Part shown: positions 1 to 12,902 of the stretch, piece by piece | Layout: the number at the start of each line of letters is the position of its first letter | How positions within the stretch are numbered: position 1 is the first letter of the stretch | Origin: a virus | Lineage: Duplodnaviria > Caudoviricetes | DNA length: 64,000 bases | IMG/VR virus record: IMGVR_UViG_3300000973_000003 | Span: 793 to 64,792 of that record | Direction: 5' to 3' (one strand) | The notes under the pieces: generated by a model | What the model was told of the DNA's origin: nothing | The model's database searches: none | Seen by the model: only the letters and a program-made list of their open reading frames with translations | Program-made: the position numbers and the translations under genes

Positions 1-645
1 TTCGTGGCTTTTGGTGCAACGATCTTTAACGGGTTCGGGCATACATGACGGCTTCGCCCAGATAATGTCCTGTCGTAGCCACCATCCAGCTTCTTGCAGA
101 GCGAATGCAGTTCTCCAGGGTATGCCGACCATATCCTTACGCTTGAGTCCGTCGATCTTCTTATTGACTGCGAAGACCTGTCCGTTCCTCCCTTCTGGGT
201 GCTTCTTGTCTTTCATTTCAGTTCCTTTATGTCCTGTGCCACAGTATGAATCACCGAGGTTTAGCCACAATGTTCCTTGAGGTTTGAGTATTCGTCGGAC
301 TTCTTCAAAGATCAACACCATGTTCTTGACATATTGTTGAGGTGTCGGTTCAAGCCCAAGCTGCCCGAACCAAGCATCACACTTGGTACAGAATGCTTGT
401 TCCTGTGGAGTCCAATAAGCAGACTTGAGTTGTAGTGAGTTGTCATTGTTTCGAGTGTTCTCGCTCGGCCTGGTGAATCCCTCCCATTCGCATACGCAGT
501 TTGGATCACCGCCCCACTTCATGCCGTTGCCTCCGTAGTCCCTAAGACCCCAATATGGAGGGCTGGTCACGCAACAATCAACGGACTCGTCTGGGAGCTC
601 CTTCAACGTATCAAAACAATTCCCTATGTGGACTTCGTATGACAT
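1..645 (-). CDS. N4-cytosine/N6-adenine DNA methyltransferase (beta class), truncated by window edge; missing from the ORF track
   Basis: Manual translation from ATG at 645 (TAATG overlap with the upstream gene): MSYEVHIGNCFDTLKELPDESVDCCVTSPPYWGLRDYG...RILKPQGTLWLNLGDSY...WWLRQDIIWAKPSCMPEPVKDRCTKSHE. Has the SPPY catalytic motif; open for 215 codons to base 1. Confidence 0.92.
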   Translation of the reverse strand, partial: MSYEVHIGNCFDTLKELPDESVDCCVTSPPYWGLRDYGGNGMKWGGDPNCVCEWEGFTRPSENTRNNDNSLQLKSAYWTPQEQAFCTKCDAWFGQLGLEPTPQQYVKNMVLIFEEVRRILKPQGTLWLNLGDSYCGTGHKGTEMKDKKHPEGRNGQVFAVNKKIDGLKRKDMVGIPWRTAFALQEAGWWLRQDIIWAKPSCMPEPVKDRCTKSHE

Positions 646-2183
646 TACAACCACCCTAATTCTTGTTGTTGGGGTGCTTCTGTCCGAGGAATGCGATTGA
701 CAAGCTCAATACCTTCACCAATCCATCTCATGACAGGAACGGCCATCGAATTACCCATAGCCTTGAATCTATGACTGTCGGGACACTTCTCTTTGGGCTT
801 ACCTTTCCAGGGTATTTGAGTCCAATTATCGGGGAATCCTTGCAGTCTTTCGCATTCGATAGGTGTTAGCCTACGAACTACGAGATTATGATCCATAATT
901 GCATGACGGTCATTTTTAGTGAGAGTATTCGCAGGGTCGCCTTCGTTGCCTACGCCCAAACCGTTGCCTTTCCCTATGGACTTCTCGCCATTAAGACCAG
1001 ACCACCTGGTAGCTTGGTCGTGAATAGGAATTGGTTCTTGCGCTACTGCTGGTGAAGTTGGTACTAAGCCGTTAGCTTTGAGAGTCGGTGATACGCCTTC
1101 ATAGACGACTGCGTTCTGTCCGAATGTATGGTCGAAGCAAATGTTGTTTTTCTGTGCCACCAAAGGAACATTACCGCCACCTGTGCCGTATTTAGCAGTC
1201 ATTGTAGGGGCTACATCAACCTCCTTTATCCGTGAGTCAGCTGCATGATTCTCGAACATGACTGCTGGAGCTCCATGACCTTGAGCTGTTCGTAAAGCAC
1301 AATGCACGTCGCCTGTTTCTTCTTGATTAAATAAATCAATAGCGACAGGAATGATGTTGCCTCCATTCTGTGAACCAAGTTGCACATCAGCACCTTTCAT
1401 CCACTTTGCTGCTACGGTGTCTGCTACTTCTGGAACTAAAGCTGCATGAGTATCAATCGTTTGGTTGCCGTAGCCTCCCCTGTGGTAAATCTCTGTTGTC
1501 AAAGCACCAGCAGGTTGAGGATCGAGAATGGTATTCATTCCTCTTCGTCGGCTACTCTCACCAACGCTGCTTCGAGCATCGGTGGTAGCTTCTTTTCCCT
1601 TCGTCGGGCGCGTCGGAGGATTCCCCGACAAGCCCTCTGGCTCAAATAGAACCGCTGCGGAACGTCGCCAATCTCCATCAATATGTCCGACAACAAACAC
1701 CCTTCTGCGTCTTTGGGGAACTCCGAAGTATTGAGCGTCAAAAATCCTGTAAGCGCACCCATACCCGATGTTCTCCACTTCTCGGAGGAAGGCAGCAAAA
1801 TCCCTTCCATTGTCCGATGACAGGAGGCCAGCGACATTCTCGAAGATGAACCATGTTGGCTGAATCTCTTCAACAATTCGTAAGAAGTGGAGGGCAAGGT
1901 TGCCACGTGGATCATCCAATCCAAGTCTTCGCCCTGCAACCGAGAAGCTTTGACAGGGTGAGCCTCCAACAATAAGTTCGCATTTTCCTTTGTACTGTTT
2001 CCAATCATGTTTCGTTACATCTCCTACATTTGGTACATGGGGGAATTGATACTTGAGAACTGCGCTTGGAAACTCATCGAACTCTGCAAACACTTGGGCT
2101 TGCCAATTCTTCATGTGATACCAAGCGACAGAACAAGCTTCAACCCCAGAAAAGAGGCTGATATACCGAATCTCTTCGCCCAT
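645..2183 (-). CDS. C5-cytosine DNA methyltransferase with a long variable region
   Basis: Motifs I (SLFSGVEA), IV (GGSPCQSFS), VI (FENVAG), VIII (QRRRRVFVVG), IX (RRLTPIECERLQGFPD) and X (KAMGNS). Likely start is ATG 2183 after a GGTGA SD. Confidence 0.95.
   Translation of the reverse strand: MGEEIRYISLFSGVEACSVAWYHMKNWQAQVFAEFDEFPSAVLKYQFPHVPNVGDVTKHDWKQYKGKCELIVGGSPCQSFSVAGRRLGLDDPRGNLALHFLRIVEEIQPTWFIFENVAGLLSSDNGRDFAAFLREVENIGYGCAYRIFDAQYFGVPQRRRRVFVVGHIDGDWRRSAAVLFEPEGLSGNPPTRPTKGKEATTDARSSVGESSRRRGMNTILDPQPAGALTTEIYHRGGYGNQTIDTHAALVPEVADTVAAKWMKGADVQLGSQNGGNIIPVAIDLFNQEETGDVHCALRTAQGHGAPAVMFENHAADSRIKEVDVAPTMTAKYGTGGGNVPLVAQKNNICFDHTFGQNAVVYEGVSPTLKANGLVPTSPAVAQEPIPIHDQATRWSGLNGEKSIGKGNGLGVGNEGDPANTLTKNDRHAIMDHNLVVRRLTPIECERLQGFPDNWTQIPWKGKPKEKCPDSHRFKAMGNSMAVPVMRWIGEGIELVNRIPRTEAPQQQELGWL
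1535..1915 (-). CDS. Nested alternative-frame protein resembling the M.EcoHK31I beta polypeptide (start uncertain: 2008, 1915 or 1837)
   Basis: ORF lies wholly inside the C5-MTase gene in another frame: SSEKWRTSGM...TLNTSEFPKDAEGCLLSDIL...VPQRFYLSQRACRGILRRARRREKKLPPMLEAAL. Resemblance is from recall of the family, not a search. Confidence 0.55.
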   Translation of the reverse strand: MIHVATLPSTSYELLKRFSQHGSSSRMSLASCHRTMEGILLPSSEKWRTSGMGALTGFLTLNTSEFPKDAEGCLLSDILMEIGDVPQRFYLSQRACRGILRRARRREKKLPPMLEAALVRVADEEE

Positions 2184-2225
2184 ACTTTCACCCATAAAGA
2201 ACACCCATATAAATGTCCTTACAAA

Positions 2226-6217
<3,992 letters not shown>

Positions 6218-6240
6218 ACTTACACCCAACAAGAACCGCA

Positions 6241-6246
6241 TTATAA
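6241..6246 (-). promoter_or_regulatory. Archaeal TATA box for polB (leaderless)
   Basis: TTATAA 23 nt upstream of the ATG. Similar spacing at 12452-12457 and 62458-62463. Confidence 0.65.
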
Positions 6247-6255
6247 GGGTAATTG

Positions 6256-6567
6256 TCAGTCTGCTTTTCTGCCCCTGGATCGTGCTTGAATGTTATGTTG
6301 GCGAAGCCAATACTGAATCGTCATAGAGCTTACACCGCATTCTTTCGATATGTCGGCAAGAGTTCGGCCATTGGCTATGTAAGCAGCGAACAACCATTCT
6401 GGGTCTTGATACAAAGGCTCTGCTGGTTGAAGACCGTATTTAGCTAAAAGGAACACATCGGCCTGGCAGTTGGGGCAAGACTGAACGATCCTTGACTCGC
6501 TCATTGGGATTTCTAATTGCTTACTGAACTCAACGTGAGTTCCGCAGCTGGGGCATGATACTCGCAT
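6256..6567 (-). CDS. Zn-ribbon plus helix-turn-helix DNA-binding protein
   Basis: CPSC...CPNC followed by LADISKECGVSSMTIQYWLRQH; TTTATAT box about 23 nt upstream of ATG 6567. Confidence 0.75.
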   Translation of the reverse strand: MRVSCPSCGTHVEFSKQLEIPMSESRIVQSCPNCQADVFLLAKYGLQPAEPLYQDPEWLFAAYIANGRTLADISKECGVSSMTIQYWLRQHNIQARSRGRKAD

Positions 6568-6605
6568 GATAATCCCCATTAGAATGATTCATATAAACAT
6601 ACGCG

Positions 6606-6764
6606 CTAACGCATAACTTTTTTCTTGCTAAACCCAGAGTCTTTCTTTTCACATTCGAGACAAAGCATACGCCCTGTCCCTTCTTGATGAAAGAGTAATG
6701 CGCTACGCTTACCGCAGCAGTCGCAACGATCTCCAGGTCTGTCGGTGAAAGCACGTTGAGGCAT
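6606..6764 (-). CDS. Small Zn-finger protein
   Basis: MPQRAF...CDCC...CLEC; starts immediately after the clamp gene stop. Confidence 0.55.
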   Translation of the reverse strand: MPQRAFTDRPGDRCDCCGKRSALLFHQEGTGRMLCLECEKKDSGFSKKKVMR

Positions 6765-6769
6765 CGTTC

Positions 6770-7582
6770 TCACATGAGGATGGAGGCTTGGAATACATAA
6801 CCATCTCCCCACGCGTCAAGGATTAGGCGAATGCCTTGACCCTCTGGCCTAAAGTCAATGAAGTGTAGTCGAATCTCACCATCAAGGTTCTTCAAGACAT
6901 TCTCAAGACCACCCTCGAAGGTAGCCTCCCATGCGTCAATGTCCTCACCTGTGGCGATTTCAAAGCTGGTCGTAGTCAATCCCTTGAGTTCGTCGCCCGT
7001 TGATACTGTGATAACATCATCAGCGTATGAAAGAGCATAGCGGTTGAGCTTCTGTCCGTTCATGTTGTCGCAACGGAAAGCCTCGAAGAGTTCTGTTGAG
7101 TTGATAGCCCAAGACATGAATGCCTTGCGTTCTGATCCATCACGCAGCTTGTATGCGCCATCCTGGTCAATCTGCCCTGCAAGTCCGAGGGACTTGCTAT
7201 GCCACTCACCGATTGTTTCTGTCGAATGAGGGAAAGCCAAACCGCCTTCGTCGCTGATGATTGTCGTTTGCTTTGACCCAGACTTAACTCGGAGCTTTGA
7301 TCCATCAACAATCAACGTCAAATCGCTGCCGTGAAACTTGAGCACACCGAGTAGTCTGTCAATGTCTGGTACTGCAATTTGTCCTGTCCCTTCAGCGGGA
7401 ATGCCGAAGTGTGAAAGTGAAGTCTTACCATCTCGAACCAGAGAGGTTGTCGTGCAACGCTCACCATTGAAGTCAAGGATGCAAGCAATAACTTGAGCCT
7501 GTGGCTTACCTGCTACAACCTGTGGTCGCTTCGTTAGTTCGAGTAGTCTTTGGAGTCCTGTGTTTGATACTGTCATTGTCAT
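6770..7582 (-). CDS. Putative DNA sliding clamp (PCNA-like)
   Basis: 270 aa with a two-domain helix/strand pattern; sits between polB and the SSB/RFC genes. No diagnostic motif, so the call rests on size and context. Confidence 0.6.
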   Translation of the reverse strand: MTMTVSNTGLQRLLELTKRPQVVAGKPQAQVIACILDFNGERCTTTSLVRDGKTSLSHFGIPAEGTGQIAVPDIDRLLGVLKFHGSDLTLIVDGSKLRVKSGSKQTTIISDEGGLAFPHSTETIGEWHSKSLGLAGQIDQDGAYKLRDGSERKAFMSWAINSTELFEAFRCDNMNGQKLNRYALSYADDVITVSTGDELKGLTTTSFEIATGEDIDAWEATFEGGLENVLKNLDGEIRLHFIDFRPEGQGIRLILDAWGDGYVFQASILM

Positions 7583-7588
7583 TCTTCA

Positions 7589-7744
7589 TCACCTTTGTTT
7601 TAATTTTAAGCAAGCCTTACAGTTCGGCTTGGAATGTGTAAAGTGAAGCCTGTCCTTGTGAATAGGAGCGAAGCCTCGGCATGGGATCAGATAGTAGTCG
7701 CCTTGTAGGTGTTCAACTCTGTGGATTTTACCACCGTTAGTCAT
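7589..7744 (-). CDS. Small His/Cys protein
   Basis: MTNGGKIH...C...PNCKAC; fits the operon packing. Confidence 0.5.
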   Translation of the reverse strand: MTNGGKIHRVEHLQGDYYLIPCRGFAPIHKDRLHFTHSKPNCKACLKLKQR

Positions 7745-7776
7745 CGAAGCGTAAAGCTGCTTCTGTGTCTGGATAG

Positions 7777-7962
7777 TCAAACAGGCCACCACCAATCGGA
7801 TAAGGAGTCTTTGTACTTGTCAGCAAGCTTTTGAGCCATGTCATGACAACCCTTTTCGATTTTCATTAGGCGGTCTAACTTGCCCTGTATCTCATCAAGC
7901 TCTCCTTCGAGAATCTCAATTTTCTTCAAGAGGTCTTGATTGGTCGGTGTTTCATCAGCCAT
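7777..7962 (-). CDS. Small coiled-coil protein
   Basis: Heptad pattern LLKKIEILEGELDEIQGKLDRL; GGTGA SD before the ATG. Confidence 0.55.
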   Translation of the reverse strand: MADETPTNQDLLKKIEILEGELDEIQGKLDRLMKIEKGCHDMAQKLADKYKDSLSDWWWPV

Positions 7963-7967
7963 GTGGA

Positions 7968-8918
7968 TCACCAACGTAGTTCTTCAATACCTGTGAACTC
8001 AACCTTTCCGCCCTGGACTCGCAGAACGACTCGCTCTTGACCGACAAGCTCCATGCCTTTGCCCTTGATTTCTTCAATTTTGGCTTTGACAACCCACTCG
8101 TCGTCAGCCAGAGACTTGTCTGCATAGACACCTGCGCTCGAATCTGCTTTCTTTTGATAGCGACCCATGAATAGCTGCTGGCTCGCCAAGCGTTGCGTAC
8201 CTTCGACCCAATCTGGTTTCTCGCCGATCTTCATCAGTCCCTTTTGACCGTTGCCGAGGTCAGCGTACTGCTTGTTGTCCTTGAGATGGAATGTGAAATA
8301 CACCTTGTTGATAGGCAGCGCATGAAGGCGGGTGATAACGTCTTTGAACAGGCGGTTGCGTTCTCGCCATTCCTTCTGGTTGAATCCGTCGCCTTCTTCT
8401 TTGATAACGCCCTTGCGTAGCAGAGATTCAGTCATAGCGAACTCGCACCACTTCATGAATGTCGATCCACCATCGAATATGACTGCTGAATGAGCTTCTG
8501 GGTTTTCCTTCAGCTCCTCGGCCATGAGGTTCACGAACATAACCACCTTGTCAATCAAGGCGTTGTAGTTCACGCTCATGTCGTCGTTGAACAGAGAGTC
8601 GTCGGTGTCGTCAAGGATTGGGAGGATCAGAATGTCCTCGTTGCCTGGGTAAGTGTGATTGACGGTTTCCGATGCGGAGTTGTCAATGTCGAAAATTATT
8701 GTTTTCTTGCCTTCTTCGTAGCCAAAGAACAAAGCCGTTCCTGTCTTGACGGTGTTTTCTTTGCCGACAATGAACATTCGTTGTTGAGGAACTGCATGAG
8801 TCCTCTTGTTGAAGAGGTTTCGATAGTAGTCTTTGTCATAGACGTTCGAGTGAACTTCTGCTGGTGCTTGTGTACCTGCGGAGGCAGCTTTGCCTCCGTT
8901 GCCTCCCCACGCACTCAT
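7968..8918 (-). CDS. P-loop ATPase, AAA_24/Sak4-like recombinase
   Basis: Walker A variant GKENTVKT, IIFDID, and Walker B AVIFDGG; adjacent to the SSB-like gene (TGATG overlap). Confidence 0.65.
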   Translation of the reverse strand: MSAWGGNGGKAASAGTQAPAEVHSNVYDKDYYRNLFNKRTHAVPQQRMFIVGKENTVKTGTALFFGYEEGKKTIIFDIDNSASETVNHTYPGNEDILILPILDDTDDSLFNDDMSVNYNALIDKVVMFVNLMAEELKENPEAHSAVIFDGGSTFMKWCEFAMTESLLRKGVIKEEGDGFNQKEWRERNRLFKDVITRLHALPINKVYFTFHLKDNKQYADLGNGQKGLMKIGEKPDWVEGTQRLASQQLFMGRYQKKADSSAGVYADKSLADDEWVVKAKIEEIKGKGMELVGQERVVLRVQGGKVEFTGIEELRW

Positions 8919-10156
8919 CAAGCATCCCATCCTGTGTTAGCTTCTTCTGGAGCTTCTTCGGCAGGGGCAGCAGAAGCGATTGAATCACAGACCCACCATG
9001 CGGTTGAGTCAAGACGTGCTTCATCATCACGGCTCATCCATGCACGACCAACAATGACAATCTCTGATCCAACGCCAAAGTCCATGCGGTATTCGTGCTC
9101 TGCAGGGACATACACATCAACAGACGGTGCGGTTGAGGTAATGTCAAGGTCGCCAACGGTAATGATGTAGCCACCCTTCTCGCGAGGGTCAATGTGAACG
9201 ACTTCACCGTGAACGGCACAGAGTTTGTCCCACTTTTGGTCGGTTTCAGCCCACTTGCCGATGTGCTCTGGGATGAGGTCGAAAGAAGGTAAGAAGTCTC
9301 CTTGAGGCCAAACGCCTTCAACGAGATCAAGAACAAGTCCAGACGGTCCAGACTCACCGATAGCGAATGGTGGCGCAGCGAATTGGGTTGCGATTGAATC
9401 ATCAACAACGAACTTCGTGACATTGGGCTTGGCGTAGCCTACACCGTTGCGACCCATACGAACAGGCAAACGCCCTGGTACGAAGGTTGGCTGATTCTCA
9501 AGAGCAAGATCGCCCTCGAACTTGACGGTGATGAGTTCAACATCTCCTGATCCACGCTTGCCTAAGAACAGACATTCACGGACAGGTTCGGAAAGCTTTC
9601 GAGCACGACCATAGCGAGGGTTTGAATCACCGCTTGCGAAGGTCGGCATGGTGTTGTTCTCAATGATTTGAAACCATGTCGTAGCATCAAGCTCTTGCAC
9701 GAACTTCGGCAGAGCGTGAAGGATAACTTCGCTGGTTTCTTCTTCAAGAGAAGAGAGTTTGAAAGTTGGATTGATTGTATGTGTGTATGAACCATCCAGG
9801 TTGTCTTGAATCAAGGTGATTCGACCTTGAGCGACAAGTGCGGTTCGTGCAGCTTCATCCAGAGTGTTGAGGGTGTTCTTCATTTTGGCGTAGCCAGACT
9901 TTGCGAAGTCCTTGTATCGTGGAGCTGAAACGAACATTCCTGTGAGAACTTCTGCGCCACTACGAGAGAGGCGTTGAGCTTCTGCTTTGAGTTGGCGACC
10001 TGCTACACGGATAGCCAAAACGGTACAGTCGTCTTCGGACTTACCAGCGTTGATCCACGCACCTTTGTTCTCCGTAAGAACCTCTTCGATTCTTGTATTC
10101 AAGGTGTCAAGACTGACACCGACATTCTTTGCTACTGTTTCTTTAAGTTCCGACAT
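8918..10156 (-). CDS. Putative single-stranded DNA-binding protein (RPA-like, OB folds)
   Basis: Beta-rich segments (VHGEVVHID, GSEIVIVGRAW), acidic C-terminal tail, and replication context. Confidence 0.55.
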   Translation of the reverse strand: MSELKETVAKNVGVSLDTLNTRIEEVLTENKGAWINAGKSEDDCTVLAIRVAGRQLKAEAQRLSRSGAEVLTGMFVSAPRYKDFAKSGYAKMKNTLNTLDEAARTALVAQGRITLIQDNLDGSYTHTINPTFKLSSLEEETSEVILHALPKFVQELDATTWFQIIENNTMPTFASGDSNPRYGRARKLSEPVRECLFLGKRGSGDVELITVKFEGDLALENQPTFVPGRLPVRMGRNGVGYAKPNVTKFVVDDSIATQFAAPPFAIGESGPSGLVLDLVEGVWPQGDFLPSFDLIPEHIGKWAETDQKWDKLCAVHGEVVHIDPREKGGYIITVGDLDITSTAPSVDVYVPAEHEYRMDFGVGSEIVIVGRAWMSRDDEARLDSTAWWVCDSIASAAPAEEAPEEANTGWDA

Positions 10157-10223
10157 ATTCTTTGTCTCCCGTTGTAATCCCTCCGACGAAGAACCCCCTT
10201 ATAATAGTTCTTCTAAAAGAGCA

Positions 10224-10490
10224 TCATTCCTTGAAGTCTGGGTGTCGGAACTCATCTCGGAGTTCTTCGGCCAGCTCTTGCATGATGTGGGTTTCGACGT
10301 GGGAATGGGAATAGGCTTGCACCAAAGAAGCTGGTCCTATGATAGCCCAATCGCACATATCACAAGTACCTTTGACGATCTTCTCGTTGAATAGTACAAT
10401 ATCATTCAATCGAAGGACAGGGGCAATATCACCGACTTCATACCTGGTTCCGTCTGGACTAACCCAATAGTCTTCGGGACCAGCAATCAT
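10224..10490 (-). CDS. Hypothetical protein with CxxC...HxH motif
   Basis: ATGA overlap with the RFC gene. Confidence 0.6.
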   Translation of the reverse strand: MIAGPEDYWVSPDGTRYEVGDIAPVLRLNDIVLFNEKIVKGTCDMCDWAIIGPASLVQAYSHSHVETHIMQELAEELRDEFRHPDFKE

Positions 10491-11395
10491 TCGGACAACA
10501 ACCTGCAGAAGTTATGTGCAACAATCAATGGATCAACGCCCATGAGAATATCACGCTCGCTCATGATAGCTGCGTCAAGTACCTTCACTTTGGCTTTTTG
10601 CCCTGCTGGTGAATCCATAGCGTAAAGAAATACTTCTCGAATACGCTCTCTGGTAAGGGCAGGTCGGTTATCAATCAAAGCTGATACGGCTTCTTGTATC
10701 ACCTTCTCATTCATGCAAAGACGAATGACAACATCAGCATTGAAACCAGACGACTCAAGCTCTGCTATGAACTTACGAAGTGATTTAGGCTCAAGGTATG
10801 CTGCCTTTTGCAGAGCACCGATAGAGTTTCTAAGATCGCCACGATGTTTCTTTGCTATCACCTTGATAGCATGAGCATCAACTTCAACACCCTCATAGGA
10901 TGCAATCAAAGAAAGACGATGCTCAACAAGCTCCGCAGGGATAGGCTCGAAGGTTCGTACTTGACACCGTGATTGAAGCCAGGGCGACACCTTGCTTATG
11001 TCGTTGCACGTTAGGATGAAGTAGCCTTGAGCATCCTCAATGACTCCTTTCAATGCGTCTTGAGCCTGTGGTGTGAGACGATCTGCCTCATCCAAAAAGA
11101 AAATTGTTTCCCATTGACCGATACGAGACATAGGGATGATGTACTCTTCAATGAACTCAATGCCTCTGGTCTTCTTCGATGATGCGTTGAACTTATGCAG
11201 TTGCCAGCCTAATGTATCAGCGATGATGTGAGCAAGCGTAGTCTTACCTGTCCCAGGCTCGGATGAACTGAATAGGAAATGTTGCATAGGTGCTTTGCCT
11301 TCAAGGATCAGACGAATCTCTTCGACTATCTCTTCTTGACCTTGAAATGCGTCAATGGCTCTCGGCCTGTGCTTCTCCCACCATATCTCTTTCAT
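10487..11395 (-). CDS. rfcS: Replication factor C small subunit (clamp loader)
   Basis: WWEKHRP, PGTGKTT, FNAS, LDEADRLTPQAQDAL, SRC and GDLR motifs. Confidence 0.95.
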   Translation of the reverse strand: MKEIWWEKHRPRAIDAFQGQEEIVEEIRLILEGKAPMQHFLFSSSEPGTGKTTLAHIIADTLGWQLHKFNASSKKTRGIEFIEEYIIPMSRIGQWETIFFLDEADRLTPQAQDALKGVIEDAQGYFILTCNDISKVSPWLQSRCQVRTFEPIPAELVEHRLSLIASYEGVEVDAHAIKVIAKKHRGDLRNSIGALQKAAYLEPKSLRKFIAELESSGFNADVVIRLCMNEKVIQEAVSALIDNRPALTRERIREVFLYAMDSPAGQKAKVKVLDAAIMSERDILMGVDPLIVAHNFCRLLSE

Positions 11396-11727
11396 CTTTT
11401 CAACTCCTTATCCCAAGCTGCATGGGGGTCGCCCATGAATTGAGCTGTCCGTGAAGAGTTCTTACAATGACCGCATACTTCGTGGCCGTCGCTTTCCTTC
11501 GAGTTAAGGAGCTCCCAGACTTTGCTTATGTCTTGTTCGCAAGCGGTCATGAGCAAAGAGTATTGTCCGTAGGTCATAGGTGTAGCAGGGCTGCCGTCAA
11601 TTGCTACTCGCCCGTTGCCTATGACACCGCCACCGATGATCCATTTAGCTTTGAAAGGCTTGACACCTCTCTCGTTTCGGGCAGGTGTGCAACGTGAACA
11701 GTTCCCATCCTTACGGGATGGCATCAT
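11392..11727 (-). CDS. Hypothetical Zn-binding protein
   Basis: CSRC and CGHC pairs; overlaps the RFC start. Confidence 0.55.
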   Translation of the reverse strand: MMPSRKDGNCSRCTPARNERGVKPFKAKWIIGGGVIGNGRVAIDGSPATPMTYGQYSLLMTACEQDISKVWELLNSKESDGHEVCGHCKNSSRTAQFMGDPHAAWDKELKR

Positions 11728-11758
11728 CTCAAGTCCTCCACGAAAAGCAGTCAAAGTA

Positions 11759-12109
11759 TCACCACTCTTCGTAGTCCTCTGGCTCACGGTCTGCGTATGC
11801 AGCTTCTCTTGCGTCGGCTATCATGTCCTGTTCCTTCTCCCATTGAATCTCTGCTCGAATGTCATAACCAATCAATTCATTGGCTCTCTTTTCGTCGCAT
11901 ACTTCAACGATGTAGGCCAGGAGCTTGTAAGGTGCATAGCGTTCAATCACTACGAACTTATCCTGTTCGGCTTTGAATACTCTCATACCGCTTCGGGTGT
12001 CCTCATGCACAACACTCTCATGTTGTCGGGGCGTATCTCGAAGGTCAATAACCCATTGGGGCAGTTCCTTAATGTCGATCTGTTCTCTAAATCCTATCTC
12101 TGGTATCAT
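11759..12109 (-). CDS. Hypothetical protein
   Basis: ATGA overlap at 12106-12109; acidic tail. Confidence 0.55.
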   Translation of the reverse strand: MIPEIGFREQIDIKELPQWVIDLRDTPRQHESVVHEDTRSGMRVFKAEQDKFVVIERYAPYKLLAYIVEVCDEKRANELIGYDIRAEIQWEKEQDMIADAREAAYADREPEDYEEW

Positions 12110-12429
12110 CTGTATTCCTTTCCGTATAGCATTCGCATCTCTTCGGTATGCCAATTGTTTGCTTCTTCGAGCTGAAGGTCATGTAAAATCTGCTCTCGCT
12201 CTTGATGAGTCATGGGTGGCTGCGGCTTGGGGTGCATTCCTGATCCACCACAATGAGGGCAACCAGAGGCACAACACTTACGTTGGATGGGAGTTGAACA
12301 GAAGTCGCACTTCAAGACAAAGTTCGACGGTTTGCCGTTCTCATCCCTGGTAGTAGCGACCTTATGTGTGTCATGAATAGTACGCCAACATTGACAGTCG
12401 TTGCACTTTCCAACCCATTCCGCAGCCAT
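12106..12429 (-). CDS. Cys-rich hypothetical protein
   Basis: CNDC, CDFC, CPHC; TTATAAGGG box 22 nt upstream of ATG 12429. Confidence 0.65.
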   Translation of the reverse strand: MAAEWVGKCNDCQCWRTIHDTHKVATTRDENGKPSNFVLKCDFCSTPIQRKCCASGCPHCGGSGMHPKPQPPMTHQEREQILHDLQLEEANNWHTEEMRMLYGKEYR

Positions 12430-12463
12430 ACCATGCCGTATGCGCTGACCCTTATAATGATTC

Positions 12464-12859
12464 TTACAAACGCTTACAGAACAGGCAGGTTTCTTCACCG
12501 TCTGGTATCAAACGAATGAGCTTGCATTCAGTACATCGGCAAGTCCGTTCTTTCAAAGCTGGCGGGAGGTGTGAGTATGGGGTTGTAAGCTCCACATCGT
12601 CAAGCGAATGGATCACTTGTCTGTTAATATCGTAAAGTGTTTGATGCTCCCAACCGTTATGCGTTTGTACTTTCGTCGATCCAACAACCTCAACCTGCAA
12701 AGTGCGTGAGAGCAGAGCAGTTATGCGTTGTTGAGAAGGTACAACTCGAATCCCTCCCGAAGCTTGGAGAGCATCACGAAGGGAGATAACAGTCATTGGT
12801 CCTTGATGAAACAAAAGGTCAATAGCAGCACCGCGTATTCTGGTGTTGTTCGACCCCAT
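12464..12859 (-). CDS. Winged-HTH protein with C-terminal Zn finger
   Basis: AAIDLLFHQGPMTVISLRDAL...PSQQRITALLSR, then CTEC...CLFC. Confidence 0.6.
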   Translation of the reverse strand: MGSNNTRIRGAAIDLLFHQGPMTVISLRDALQASGGIRVVPSQQRITALLSRTLQVEVVGSTKVQTHNGWEHQTLYDINRQVIHSLDDVELTTPYSHLPPALKERTCRCTECKLIRLIPDGEETCLFCKRL

Positions 12860-12902
12860 TCAATAATGCCTATCATAAAAGGTAAATCAATGTTCGGACT
12901 AT

